Below, piece after piece: positions 36,374 to 45,953 of a stretch of DNA of 64,000 nt. The stretch is from sequence record OP079919.1; one strand, 5' to 3'. The number at the start of each line of letters is the position of its first letter. The first letter of the stretch is position 1. The notes under the pieces were generated by a model, which saw only the letters and a program-made list of their open reading frames with translations, was not told where the DNA came from and made no database searches. Both the position numbers and the translations under genes were made by a program.

Positions 36374-37171
36374 TTACTTTAATTTACCCAGTTCTGCTGT
36401 TTGAGATTCAAAAACAGCGGTCAGCTCATTTAAGAGAACCAACCCAGCACCAGTAACATTAATCAACGTATTATACGTATTGATGGTATCCTGAAGCGTT
36501 TTTAAACTATCCTTGTCGAAGACCAACTGGGACGTTTTGATCTTATCGACGATGATATTCCCCAGGTGATAAACTTCGTCAATACGATCAGCGAGGGAAC
36601 GAATGTCAGAGGACTTAATACCTGATACCGCTCCATTGAAATGCTCGACAGTATCGTAGAAGGATTTGAATGAATCGTAATACTGGTTAAGCCGATGATG
36701 AGTATTACGAGAAGACTGAATCCCTTCCATAAAGGACTGCAGATCGTTGGCCAGTGTATCCGTCTTGGTGACGCTGAACCAGAACGAAGAACCGACAGTC
36801 CCCGTCTTAGCAACGTCTTTCAGCCACTTGTAAATCCGACCGGATTCCGTTAACGCGGTAGAAAGCAGCAGCGCGGTGGAAGAAACCATTTTAACATAAT
36901 AGCTCCATTCGGTTTTCTCCGGATCAAAATAAGCTGGACCGGTCAAAGGAACCATTGTATGTTTAAAGTAATTTACTGTGGCGAGGTGTTTGGCTGTCTT
37001 GCCGTAATCGATAGTGTGGGCCGATGATTTAAGTTGACGAAACGCCTCTTTAAATCCACGTGATATTTCGGTCATTTTAAGTGAAAGAGACTCACCGACA
37101 GAAAGTTTTTCAGAACCGTCTATACCGAAAATAACAGGTTGCTTAACCTGTTCGATAAAACTGTTATTCAT
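36374..37171 (-). CDS. putative virion structural protein (phiKZ gp153-like position)
   Basis: synteny between RNase H-like and uvsX genes. Confidence 0.6.
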   Translation of the reverse strand: MNNSFIEQVKQPVIFGIDGSEKLSVGESLSLKMTEISRGFKEAFRQLKSSAHTIDYGKTAKHLATVNYFKHTMVPLTGPAYFDPEKTEWSYYVKMVSSTALLLSTALTESGRIYKWLKDVAKTGTVGSSFWFSVTKTDTLANDLQSFMEGIQSSRNTHHRLNQYYDSFKSFYDTVEHFNGAVSGIKSSDIRSLADRIDEVYHLGNIIVDKIKTSQLVFDKDSLKTLQDTINTYNTLINVTGAGLVLLNELTAVFESQTAELGKLK

Positions 37172-37230
37172 TACTGGCGCTCCGTATTATTAGGTCAATA
37201 GCGTTTTTCATAGAATCCAAGAGGTAAACG

Positions 37231-38685
37231 ATGAGTACCCCTTTTCAATTTTTACAAAATGTAAAAAGCAGCCCGATGGTTCACATCGGTTTTAACTATA
37301 GTCCGCTTTTTGATATGATCAATGGCCGGTTCTTTAAGGGATACGATGAACAGTATTACCTGAACGGTGGGATCATGGACAACAACGCCACAGTAGGAGG
37401 AAGCAACACGCAGAAAACTGGACAGTTGGTATTCGCCTGCCGTCGTTTCCTGCAACGTTTCCCTATGGGGGTAATCATCTATGTTGACAGCGAGTCCACG
37501 TTAGATATTGGACGATTGGCTGATGCTGTCGATGCTGATTTCGGTATCCCTGGGTACTTCTACGATGAGATCTTCGACAAACGGTTCATCTATAAAACGA
37601 GTAAAGATGAATTCGATGGCACCGCTTTCCACAATCTCATCAAAGACGCTTACAACAACTTCAAGGACAACAAAGACAACCCGGACATGTATGTCCAAAC
37701 TCCGTTCTTGGATAAAGAAAATAAACGGATCAAATGTATTGCGCCGATCATGGTTATCTGTGATTCTTTAAGCGACCTTCGTTTCACCGAGGCTTCCGCC
37801 AAATTCACAGAAGGTGACGTGGACGAGGGTGGTAAGAAACGTACTCGTGATATGGAGTTCGGTAACCTCAAGCGCGTCGTCTTTGAAGACTCCAGCAACC
37901 TGGGTGGTATCGCCGGCCTCAGACTGTGGTGGGTGGGTCAGATCGCCGACATGATTAACATGGACGGTAAGCCGATGGAGAAACAATCCACCTTCATCCG
38001 TCCGGGTAAGAAGATCGCCAAGTGCCCTAAAGCGATTCTCCAGCTCCCGAGCATCGGGTTCGAGATCATCAAAGGCAGTGGGTTGAAAGTCGATCAAGAA
38101 TGGATGTACCCGAATCCATTCGGTCGCGATGTTGTTATCGACGCCGACGCCAGAGAAAACCCCGATCTCTTACTTTACAGCTTTACAATGTATCGTAATA
38201 AAGGCGGGAGTTCCGGACTACAATGTTCTTTCATCGGTTCTCAGTCAGACGGCATCCAGGAAGGACTGAGTATGTATCACACCATTAAAACCGACGGTTA
38301 TTTCGGTTTAAGTGTTGGTAGTAAAGTCAGCCACGCCTGCGACCTTATACCAGACCTTAAGGTTGGCCGAACAACCATTCGTAAAATCGTTAATGAGAAC
38401 CACCAATTCTACAGGGCGATTACTATCTGTTACCAGATGTGGTTCATGCAGAACTATTGGATGCGTTTGGATCACAAATACCGCATGACGCCAGCCGAAT
38501 TATATGCGAAGGTGGCTGAAGCCGGTTACGACTGGACAGAACTATTGGAAAACTCCGTCGATTACTGGCATCTCAACCCGGACATCAAGAAACATACTCT
38601 GACCACCATGCAGCTGTTGGCTGTTGCGTGTGGCGAAGGTTCTATTCCGTGGGCTTCTAATCGTTTATTAAAGCAAGCGGCATAA
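37231..38685 (+). CDS. uvsX: UvsX/RecA-like recombinase
   Basis: Walker A variant GGSNTQKT, YVDSEST, VICDSLS; phiKZ gp152-type size and synteny. Confidence 0.85.
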   Translation: MSTPFQFLQNVKSSPMVHIGFNYSPLFDMINGRFFKGYDEQYYLNGGIMDNNATVGGSNTQKTGQLVFACRRFLQRFPMGVIIYVDSESTLDIGRLADAVDADFGIPGYFYDEIFDKRFIYKTSKDEFDGTAFHNLIKDAYNNFKDNKDNPDMYVQTPFLDKENKRIKCIAPIMVICDSLSDLRFTEASAKFTEGDVDEGGKKRTRDMEFGNLKRVVFEDSSNLGGIAGLRLWWVGQIADMINMDGKPMEKQSTFIRPGKKIAKCPKAILQLPSIGFEIIKGSGLKVDQEWMYPNPFGRDVVIDADARENPDLLLYSFTMYRNKGGSSGLQCSFIGSQSDGIQEGLSMYHTIKTDGYFGLSVGSKVSHACDLIPDLKVGRTTIRKIVNENHQFYRAITICYQMWFMQNYWMRLDHKYRMTPAELYAKVAEAGYDWTELLENSVDYWHLNPDIKKHTLTTMQLLAVACGEGSIPWASNRLLKQAA

Positions 38686-38691
38686 TTTGAA

Positions 38692-38709
38692 GGGGAGGGA
38701 GACCTCCCC
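38692..38709 (+). terminator. intrinsic terminator, GAGA loop
   Basis: GGGGAGG-GAGA-CCTCCCC then T-rich tract. Confidence 0.7.
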
Positions 38710-38740
38710 CTACTTTTATTATTTAAGGATTATTAGGGTT

Positions 38741-39109
38741 ATGATTAAACCAGAACTAACCATTTTGATTGTCTCGGATTCTAACTTTAAGAATCTTTGT
38801 GAAGACCCGACGAGTTATGTCGAAAAACTCTACGGCATCTTAAACAATCGGTATAAGGTTCCTATCAAGATCATTACGGTCAGTGGTCGTTACGGTCTCA
38901 GCGCAATCGATAGTAACATTGAGACGCTCGATGTTGAAGATCGCAATAAGACGCTGTTTACCCAAACTATCGAGAACCACGCTGCGGTATTTGACGAACT
39001 GCAGATCATTTCTTTAAGTAACATCGTGGATCCCTTTATCGAAGGTGTAGCGGATACCATGAGTGCGTTACAAAAGAACATTACTCGTTATTCGTACAAA
39101 CGTAAGTAG
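38741..39109 (+). CDS. hypothetical protein
   Basis: start moved to ATG 38741, downstream of the terminator. Confidence 0.65.
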   Translation: MIKPELTILIVSDSNFKNLCEDPTSYVEKLYGILNNRYKVPIKIITVSGRYGLSAIDSNIETLDVEDRNKTLFTQTIENHAAVFDELQIISLSNIVDPFIEGVADTMSALQKNITRYSYKRK

Positions 39110-39115
39110 GTTAAC

Positions 39116-39790
39116 ATGGGTAACAGAAAAGCTGCCGAAGACGTTATTTTGGATTTCGTGGGTAAACTCACTAAAGGTGGGTTTAACCTGAAGGTCTATA
39201 CCGACCTTTTTAAAAACATGAACGACGCTCAGTTTGAACAGTTTATCGATAAGATCGATAAACAAGGTGGTATGCCGCTATGGACATCCAACTGGGATAA
39301 GAACGAGCACATCGAATACGACACTGTCCTCGGACTAGCCAAAGAATACGGGGTGGAACTCGAGACCCAACTCATTATCACCGACGAAGACACTGGTGTA
39401 GAACTCATTACACCAGAAACTTATTTGGTTGGGATAGCCGAGATCCGTAAACAGCGTCAGATGCTCGTCAAAAAGTTTGGTGCTGCTAAAGACGACACCA
39501 GCACCGACGACTTAACGGGTCAGGTCGTTGGCGATAGCCGAGGGACGGGTATTTCCTCCCCAGAGATTAAGATCCTTATGGCGCTCGGGCTCAACACCGT
39601 GGCAAAAGAGATCTACGATGTCAAAGGCGGTGATGAAAAGGCATTGGACGTTTACAGAACAGAACTCATGGAGACTGGATCAACTAACGTTAACAACGCC
39701 TTGAAGCGGGGCAGTGGCGTCAAATCCCTTCAGACCACCCACTATCTGTTTAACGCCCGACACATCGAAAACAATATCGATAAGAGGTAA
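39116..39790 (+). CDS. virion RNA polymerase beta subunit, C-terminal part (phiKZ gp149-like)
   Basis: RKQRQMLVKK..DDLTGQV..ISSPEI..KGGD motifs of the beta C-terminus. Confidence 0.8.
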   Translation: MGNRKAAEDVILDFVGKLTKGGFNLKVYTDLFKNMNDAQFEQFIDKIDKQGGMPLWTSNWDKNEHIEYDTVLGLAKEYGVELETQLIITDEDTGVELITPETYLVGIAEIRKQRQMLVKKFGAAKDDTSTDDLTGQVVGDSRGTGISSPEIKILMALGLNTVAKEIYDVKGGDEKALDVYRTELMETGSTNVNNALKRGSGVKSLQTTHYLFNARHIENNIDKR

Positions 39791-39792
39791 CG

Positions 39793-40221
39793 ATGGAACA
39801 CATCAATCGAGCTGTAGAAGTCTGGGCTCAAGAATTTGCTACGCTGGCAGAAATCGACGAGCTCAAAGTTCTGCAAGATGCGATCAGTAATGCGATCATT
39901 ACGAAGAGCATCCTTTCTTTTGACGAAGGCGTTTCTGAGCTCGAGCAAAGTTTATCCGCCCAGCCGGAGTACTACGATCAAATCCATGGTGTGATCTTCC
40001 GGCTATTGGCTGAGGTTCCTTTGGATAAGCTTAAAGCTGAACTTAACGAGATCGTTACGGAAATGAATGAAACGGGGTATTTCAAACACTTACGCCCCAC
40101 TCTGGATACTCCGATGGATGTTTTCTGTTTCGTTTTAAAGATCTACTACAAACAGATCATTGCAGAGCTGGGCCGGCACATTCAAATCCCTACGAAGAAA
40201 ACTCGCCCTACCAACGTGTAA
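39793..40221 (+). CDS. hypothetical protein
   Basis: GAGG RBS. Confidence 0.7.
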   Translation: MEHINRAVEVWAQEFATLAEIDELKVLQDAISNAIITKSILSFDEGVSELEQSLSAQPEYYDQIHGVIFRLLAEVPLDKLKAELNEIVTEMNETGYFKHLRPTLDTPMDVFCFVLKIYYKQIIAELGRHIQIPTKKTRPTNV

Positions 40222-40230
40222 AGGATTCTC

Positions 40231-40929
40231 ATGAACACGCTTAACGTTTACACCGAACTCGATTCACTTTTTGATTCCCGGCGTGCGACTTTGGAATCAC
40301 TCCTCCCTAGTAATGAAACCTGGGAAGGTGTTTACGCCAAGCAGTATAAAGAACGTAAGCTGGATCTATTCGAACGAAAAGAACTCGGGATAACCCAATC
40401 CATTTACGAACAGGCTTATGACAAAAGAGACCTGTCTTTATTCACCAACATCAAACCGACTCAAGTACTGAGCAAGCTCCTGCTGTTAGTACTGGATAGC
40501 GAACAACTGGTCGGTAAACCAATCGCTTTAAACGTCGTCAATATCACCATTAATCTTTATCCCTACGATCTTGACGAAGATTTGGTTAACGAGTTAGAAA
40601 AAAATATCAAACAAGCTTTGGTTTTCAAAAACGAACTCACTTTTGTTTCCAAGCCTCCTACCGAACTGGACGCAAGGTATTTTAAAAACTTCGATAATGT
40701 TTTTAAATACGACATCCTGATCGGTAAAGATTCTAAAACGTTCATGGAATCCTTAGCGAAAACTCCTATTAAAGACACGAAGTTCTTCGTACCGGATCTT
40801 TACGTTAAACAACCGGATAACGGGATCGTTTGCTCCCCTGAAGAACTTGTTGAAAGTTTTAGTTTAGTGCTTGCGCCAGCGCTTACATTACTTTGCGTCC
40901 GACATAGCGTTTATGATTACATGGAATAA
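40231..40929 (+). CDS. conserved hypothetical protein
   Basis: VYTELDSLFDSR N-terminus; AAGGA RBS. Confidence 0.7.
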   Translation: MNTLNVYTELDSLFDSRRATLESLLPSNETWEGVYAKQYKERKLDLFERKELGITQSIYEQAYDKRDLSLFTNIKPTQVLSKLLLLVLDSEQLVGKPIALNVVNITINLYPYDLDEDLVNELEKNIKQALVFKNELTFVSKPPTELDARYFKNFDNVFKYDILIGKDSKTFMESLAKTPIKDTKFFVPDLYVKQPDNGIVCSPEELVESFSLVLAPALTLLCVRHSVYDYME

Positions 40930-40931
40930 CA

Positions 40932-40956
40932 GGAGAGAGGGCAATGCCCTCTCTCC
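40932..40956. terminator. bidirectional terminator
   Basis: GGAGAGAGGGC-AAT-GCCCTCTCTCC between convergent genes. Confidence 0.75.
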
Positions 40957-40960
40957 CATT

Positions 40961-41455
40961 TTATACTGATGGCTTAACAATTTCACCTTCAAAGTCAACT
41001 GATATGGCGCCCATATCAAGTTCTTTGTCTTTGATCCTGCCGATATCGGCGAGTTGTGAAAGAGGAACATTAGGATCCAGGAAGGTAGGTTGACCTGGCG
41101 CGAAACTAGGAAGTTTTAATTCACCGGTGCTTAATGACTGAAGTGCGTCGACCATTTGTTTGAATGAAACTTTATTGTCTTCATTCTCTTTTTTCTTCGC
41201 ACGTTCTTTTCGATCATCCCTTACTGATTTTTCAAGCTGAGTCAGCAAGGAGGAGATCGCTTCGAGTAGTTTAGGATCACCTGGTTTATTGGAGTAAGCC
41301 ATAGAGGCGATGTCCAGTATCATACTACGGTGCGACTGCACTGCCTGAATGAGCTGAGTCTGTTCAATATCTTCGTCAGTCGGATGGAGAGCAGCATTGA
41401 TTGCAGACATCACCTTTTCTATCCGTATCTGAACGGGTGCTTTTTCGTCCATCAT
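40961..41455 (-). CDS. hypothetical protein
   Basis: helical ORF converging on terminator. Confidence 0.7.
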   Translation of the reverse strand: MMDEKAPVQIRIEKVMSAINAALHPTDEDIEQTQLIQAVQSHRSMILDIASMAYSNKPGDPKLLEAISSLLTQLEKSVRDDRKERAKKKENEDNKVSFKQMVDALQSLSTGELKLPSFAPGQPTFLDPNVPLSQLADIGRIKDKELDMGAISVDFEGEIVKPSV

Positions 41456-41467
41456 AATTTTTTAAAC

Positions 41468-41482
41468 CTACATTATCAAGGT
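41468..41482 (+). promoter_or_regulatory. conserved intergenic motif CTACATTATCAAGGT (candidate phage promoter)
   Basis: second copy of the 26019 motif. Confidence 0.45.
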
Positions 41483-41525
41483 AGTGGAATAAATAAAATG
41501 TTTTTAGCCCTTAGGGAACGTTAAC

Positions 41526-42119
41526 ATGCTTAAGAAATTTTTCAACTGGCTGGGGTTTAAAAGCAAATCGATAGGTAAGGCAGATACCCCGTTAGACGTC
41601 ATAGAACGCATCAGGGAAGGCTTTCTTCCTAAGAACATGCGAAGCTTAGATAAACCGTTGTCTCTTCTATACGATTTAATTAAGACGCTTCCTGAGCTGG
41701 AATACAATGATTATAAAAAGTTACAGCGTAACACAGTTAAGGTTAGATCGCTGAGTTCGTTAGACATGTTCCATCTTTTAAAATCATCAGTTTTATCCAG
41801 CCAAGCGGAATATATGGATGCGGTGCAACGTTTAAATAGCGTCGCTACTGAAAGGCCCTTTCTTCATTGGTACTCTGGAGAGGAAAGCGCTGTCGCACTT
41901 AACGAATTGTTTTTAAAACTTCTACCTAAAATAATCCTTTTCCACCAACTTAACAACCAGAGTACATTTCAGCAGAATGAAGACATGGGTGGATTTACGA
42001 ATATCGAAATCCGGTTCTTTAGTTCTGTTCAGCTAAGATATATGGTCGAAGACTATATTAGCATGTTGGAAGTGTTACTCTCACATCATTTTGGAGGCTC
42101 GGTTGAAGAAGCCCACTAA
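41526..42119 (+). CDS. hypothetical protein
   Basis: ORF in core block. Confidence 0.7.
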   Translation: MLKKFFNWLGFKSKSIGKADTPLDVIERIREGFLPKNMRSLDKPLSLLYDLIKTLPELEYNDYKKLQRNTVKVRSLSSLDMFHLLKSSVLSSQAEYMDAVQRLNSVATERPFLHWYSGEESAVALNELFLKLLPKIILFHQLNNQSTFQQNEDMGGFTNIEIRFFSSVQLRYMVEDYISMLEVLLSHHFGGSVEEAH

Positions 42120-42519
42120 ACATCCCGTAGAACTTGAAATCTCTAAGTTGTCCAATAACTCATGTGCCGACAGTGATCTGGCCGACGAGCCCGCAAGGTT
42201 ATTCCGTAAGCTTTTACGTAAACTTAACATGAATGTTGACAAGCTCTGTTTGCTTATGAACGAATATGTTAAGTGGACCGTAACGGGAGAGGACGAGGCT
42301 GAAATCAGAAAAAGACGTTCCTACACAATGGGGAACATTAAGGATACTTACTTTAAGAACCCCACACTGACTTTCAGTAAACTTATCGAGGGATTAAGTA
42401 TCCTGAGAATGAGCAAAGTGGAAGTTATCCTACGGGTCTATGATAAGAAAGGTAACATGACCGAGGTCTCAGAAACTGTGAGAATCATCAGTAGCCCCGA
42501 CGACAAAAAAGACGATTAA
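42103..42519 (+). CDS. hypothetical protein
   Basis: TTG 42103 with GGAGG RBS. Confidence 0.65.
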   Translation: MKKPTKHPVELEISKLSNNSCADSDLADEPARLFRKLLRKLNMNVDKLCLLMNEYVKWTVTGEDEAEIRKRRSYTMGNIKDTYFKNPTLTFSKLIEGLSILRMSKVEVILRVYDKKGNMTEVSETVRIISSPDDKKDD

Positions 42520-42531
42520 TCTTATAGCCCG

Positions 42532-42559
42532 AATACTCCTACCTTAGGGTAGGAGTATT
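42532..42559 (+). terminator. intrinsic terminator
   Basis: AATACTCCTACC-TTAG-GGTAGGAGTATT. Confidence 0.75.
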
Positions 42560-42591
42560 TAACCCTATTATTTATTTTTTAGGATATCGTC

Positions 42592-43710
42592 ATGGACTTA
42601 AATCCCAGCACTATTTTCGACAATATCAATTTTAATTCTCCAGTAGAAGACATCAAAAAAGAAGCGGATACTAAACTCGCTGATTTAAAAGGTAGCGTTC
42701 TTAACCCTATCAGCTCTAGTACCGCAAGGATTAAAGATGGGATCGCCCTGTTAAACAACATGGACACTAAGTTTAAGCAAGCGGTGACGGAATTTAAATC
42801 TGACGTCATGGGCGTCGCCAACAGTATTATCGGTACCCTTCAAGATGGGTACTTCACCATTAATGAATTAGTAAGTATGGTCATAGGTGCTTATACCAGC
42901 CTGACTAATCTTGCTAACATTGGGGACGATCTAAAATCCATACTGGGGACTAACGTCAGCAATATCGACGGGTTCTTAGATCGGTTCAGCAACATCTTCG
43001 TCAACAGCATTAACACGAAGGTAAGAGCTAGCGGGTACAAATCCAACACGGTTAGTAAAGGTGGCGAATTCCTCACCATCACTCAGAGTAATAACAATCC
43101 GTCTTCTCAAGCCATCATCGCAGCGTTGGGCAAGCTGTCAGTAGGTGATCTTCAGGATTCTTACGATAGCTCAGTTTCTACCGCGGTATACAGCACCCTC
43201 TTAGCACAAGCCGTTTCCAGTGGATTGACTTCTTCCTACGCCGATCTTTATAACAAGATCACGGATAAAACCGAAGCCGATAAGGCAGTTGTCTCAGCAA
43301 TAGGTAACGCTCTTGCCAACGGCGATCTGACTTCAATTGAAAATCTCTTAGCGTTGATTACTAACAGCGGAGCGAAACTCACTATTGGTTCCACCTATCC
43401 CAATGCTGCCGAAACTCTGTTAAGTAAATATAAACCTCTGGATTCTCAAGATGTTTCAGATTACCCGGCTATCTCCGAACAGCTGAAAACTATCTTGGTT
43501 CTCTTTGGGGGAGTCAACTGGTGGAAAGTCTACACTTCATTAGGTTGGGTTCCTAATTTACTTATTGCTTCTAAGCTATCAAGCAGTGTCAGGGATATTT
43601 GGATGGAAGACTCTGAACTCTTTGCATTAGTGGCTTGCAAAGGTTTCTTTAAAGAGATGACCGCGCGTAAAGCCTTCTTAACCAACTTTCCACAAACCCC
43701 GATAAGTTAA
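42592..43710 (+). CDS. putative virion structural protein
   Basis: Ser/Ala/Asn-rich, located in tail gene block. Confidence 0.6.
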   Translation: MDLNPSTIFDNINFNSPVEDIKKEADTKLADLKGSVLNPISSSTARIKDGIALLNNMDTKFKQAVTEFKSDVMGVANSIIGTLQDGYFTINELVSMVIGAYTSLTNLANIGDDLKSILGTNVSNIDGFLDRFSNIFVNSINTKVRASGYKSNTVSKGGEFLTITQSNNNPSSQAIIAALGKLSVGDLQDSYDSSVSTAVYSTLLAQAVSSGLTSSYADLYNKITDKTEADKAVVSAIGNALANGDLTSIENLLALITNSGAKLTIGSTYPNAAETLLSKYKPLDSQDVSDYPAISEQLKTILVLFGGVNWWKVYTSLGWVPNLLIASKLSSSVRDIWMEDSELFALVACKGFFKEMTARKAFLTNFPQTPIS

Positions 43711-43745
43711 ATAACTACCGTCTCCCAAAGGGAGACGGTAGTTAT
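43711..43745. terminator. bidirectional terminator
   Basis: perfect 16-bp stem between convergent genes. Confidence 0.85.
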
Positions 43746-43760
43746 AATTAGATCATTTTT

Positions 43761-45911
43761 TTATCTTGGGAATTGTTGGTGGAAAAGGCGTCCAACATCA
43801 TTTAGGATCGAGTCGTTCACAATACCCGCGATATTACCCGCAGAAACAGACTGACTTATCGAGTTCTTAGCCGTGGTTAATCTCCTTGAGAGTTTGTTCC
43901 ATCTTAAAACGGTATCAAGGTAATCGGAACCGGACAATCTCGTAATGTAGTCGGTATATTTCCCGGTATCGATCAACATCCTGTTAACTGCTTCGGCAGG
44001 GTTCGTCATATCGAGTAAAGAGACTGCCCTGGAGATAGGAAGCGAGACATGTTTCTCTAAATCGACAAAGGAGATATCAACAGTACAGTTCAACGGTTTA
44101 CGGTCTTTCTTCCAACCACCAACACCTTGTCCAAAGGAGATCGTTGCGGAATCGACCATACACGTTCTCATGATGGCACGACTCTTAGAAAAGATCTTAC
44201 ACAGGAAGGGTGATGTGTGAGCTGAAGGACCTGCGCTTAACGGCAGAATGATCGGCATCAATAATGATAACGGAACCCAGATATTCATCAGCTGTGAATA
44301 AGGGTGTGCGTAAGTCGCCTCAAAATAGAAACGATAAGTTTCTTTATGTAGGTTTGCTGACGATTCGGCCCAGTGATCCGGAATGTTGATATAAGAGTTG
44401 TTCATTAACGCCATGGGAATGTTAGCGATCCCTATGGAGTTAATCCCGCCCATAGCAACTTCTTTCAATCCACTAATAACGCCGTCAACAACACCAACAC
44501 CCGTCATTCCTCCGGCTAAATCAAAACGAAGATCGTTAGCCGCCTTTGACATACTGTTGAATTTATCCGCTACAGCAGACTGAGTTGCAGAGCTAGAGAA
44601 GTTATCCGTTACTTCGCCAAGATGTTCTACTCGCCAAGTAATAGCATCTAGACCGCCGTACCAGGAAGTCTTAACGAGATCAGCAACTTGTCCCGCCCAC
44701 GAAGAGTCAGTGACATTATCCGTAGCCGCAGTTAATCTCGCTGTAACGGATTCCAGACTCTCCGAAGCAGAGGAGAACTCACCTTGCCCAGAAGAGGCCG
44801 TGGTGGTCGTTCCGCTTCCGTCAGTATTCATTGACGAAGCATCCGATGGTGCGGCAGTCGCCGTCCCCGTCCCGGTCGTATCCGTGGTAATCGCTTGCGG
44901 GAGTATGCTCGTGTAAGCATCTTGATCGGTAAACGCCGAGGCTTTCTCCGGGTAATACCCTTCTTCTTTAGCACGATATTTACCGGTGGCGTTCAATTCC
45001 TTTTGCATCAACTCATTGACACCATACTGTTTCCCAGAGAGAGTTTCAGCATTGAACTGGATGTTTTTGGCAATATCTGCCATCGCATCGTATTTTTCCT
45101 GGGCGGAGTTAATGGTACGTTCGTTGAGCTTCTCAATTTCGGATAAGAACTTCCGATATTTTCTCGTCCCTAGTGAGACCAGTCGAATAACGTCAATTGT
45201 TCCATCGTCATTGATGCAGTCCGGGAATAATGCGTTTAATCGCGCTATCTCATTATAGTAATTCCCGGCTTCTTCTGGATCAACACCATTGATAGGCGCT
45301 CCTGGTGGTTTCTTAATAGCAAGAACGGGTTTTATAAATCCTTGAGCTGTAGCGACGTCGTTTAAGAAGTTATTAGCTGCAGTCAGGTACATCCCCATGC
45401 TAGGCTTCACATAATAATACTGATTGCGCGGGGTATCCATGAGGAAGTCTAAGAACGTCATCCCGATACTGATCAGCTGGATGGGCCAGAATGCCAAAGT
45501 CCCTAACCCCTGACCGAAATAAAACGCCAGGCTGGGGCTACGACCTTTATTAGCCTGAATAGCCGCTACTGGGTCGAACATGCGTTCTAAGAAAGTCAAT
45601 ATCCCTGTGAATTCCGGAACCCCAACAGTGATGGTAAGAAGAGACGCATTATCGTCATAGATCTTCTTATATTGCGTTCCCATCCCGCCGTATGAGGAAG
45701 ACAAAAATTGGGAATAACGCGGGTCTGTCGCTGGACCGAATTGAGGGACTGGGTTGATGTACCGGTTATCCCCAATCGCGCTACTGAAAAAGTTGTAATA
45801 AAGGTCTTTGTTAAGGTGATCTCGGATAGTGACGTTATCTATCCCAGTGCACATTAATTTGAAAGACTTAGCGATGAGATTTCTATCTCGTAAAGATATG
45901 CTGTTAGCCAC
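43761..45911 (-). CDS. virion tail/baseplate protein (phiKZ gp182-like)
   Basis: INPVPQF..TDPR and TSPFLCK motifs as recalled; directly downstream of the gp181-like gene. Confidence 0.7.
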   Translation of the reverse strand: MANSISLRDRNLIAKSFKLMCTGIDNVTIRDHLNKDLYYNFFSSAIGDNRYINPVPQFGPATDPRYSQFLSSSYGGMGTQYKKIYDDNASLLTITVGVPEFTGILTFLERMFDPVAAIQANKGRSPSLAFYFGQGLGTLAFWPIQLISIGMTFLDFLMDTPRNQYYYVKPSMGMYLTAANNFLNDVATAQGFIKPVLAIKKPPGAPINGVDPEEAGNYYNEIARLNALFPDCINDDGTIDVIRLVSLGTRKYRKFLSEIEKLNERTINSAQEKYDAMADIAKNIQFNAETLSGKQYGVNELMQKELNATGKYRAKEEGYYPEKASAFTDQDAYTSILPQAITTDTTGTGTATAAPSDASSMNTDGSGTTTTASSGQGEFSSASESLESVTARLTAATDNVTDSSWAGQVADLVKTSWYGGLDAITWRVEHLGEVTDNFSSSATQSAVADKFNSMSKAANDLRFDLAGGMTGVGVVDGVISGLKEVAMGGINSIGIANIPMALMNNSYINIPDHWAESSANLHKETYRFYFEATYAHPYSQLMNIWVPLSLLMPIILPLSAGPSAHTSPFLCKIFSKSRAIMRTCMVDSATISFGQGVGGWKKDRKPLNCTVDISFVDLEKHVSLPISRAVSLLDMTNPAEAVNRMLIDTGKYTDYITRLSGSDYLDTVLRWNKLSRRLTTAKNSISQSVSAGNIAGIVNDSILNDVGRLFHQQFPR

Positions 45912-45927
45912 GCCGTGTCTCCTGATT

Positions 45928-45947
45928 GGTGGGGCTTTCGCCCCACC
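45928..45947 (-). other. GAAA-loop hairpin without U tract between co-oriented tail genes
   Basis: GGTGGGGC-GAAA-GCCCCACC on - strand, just upstream of an AGGAG RBS. Confidence 0.55.
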
Positions 45948-45953
45948 GTATGG

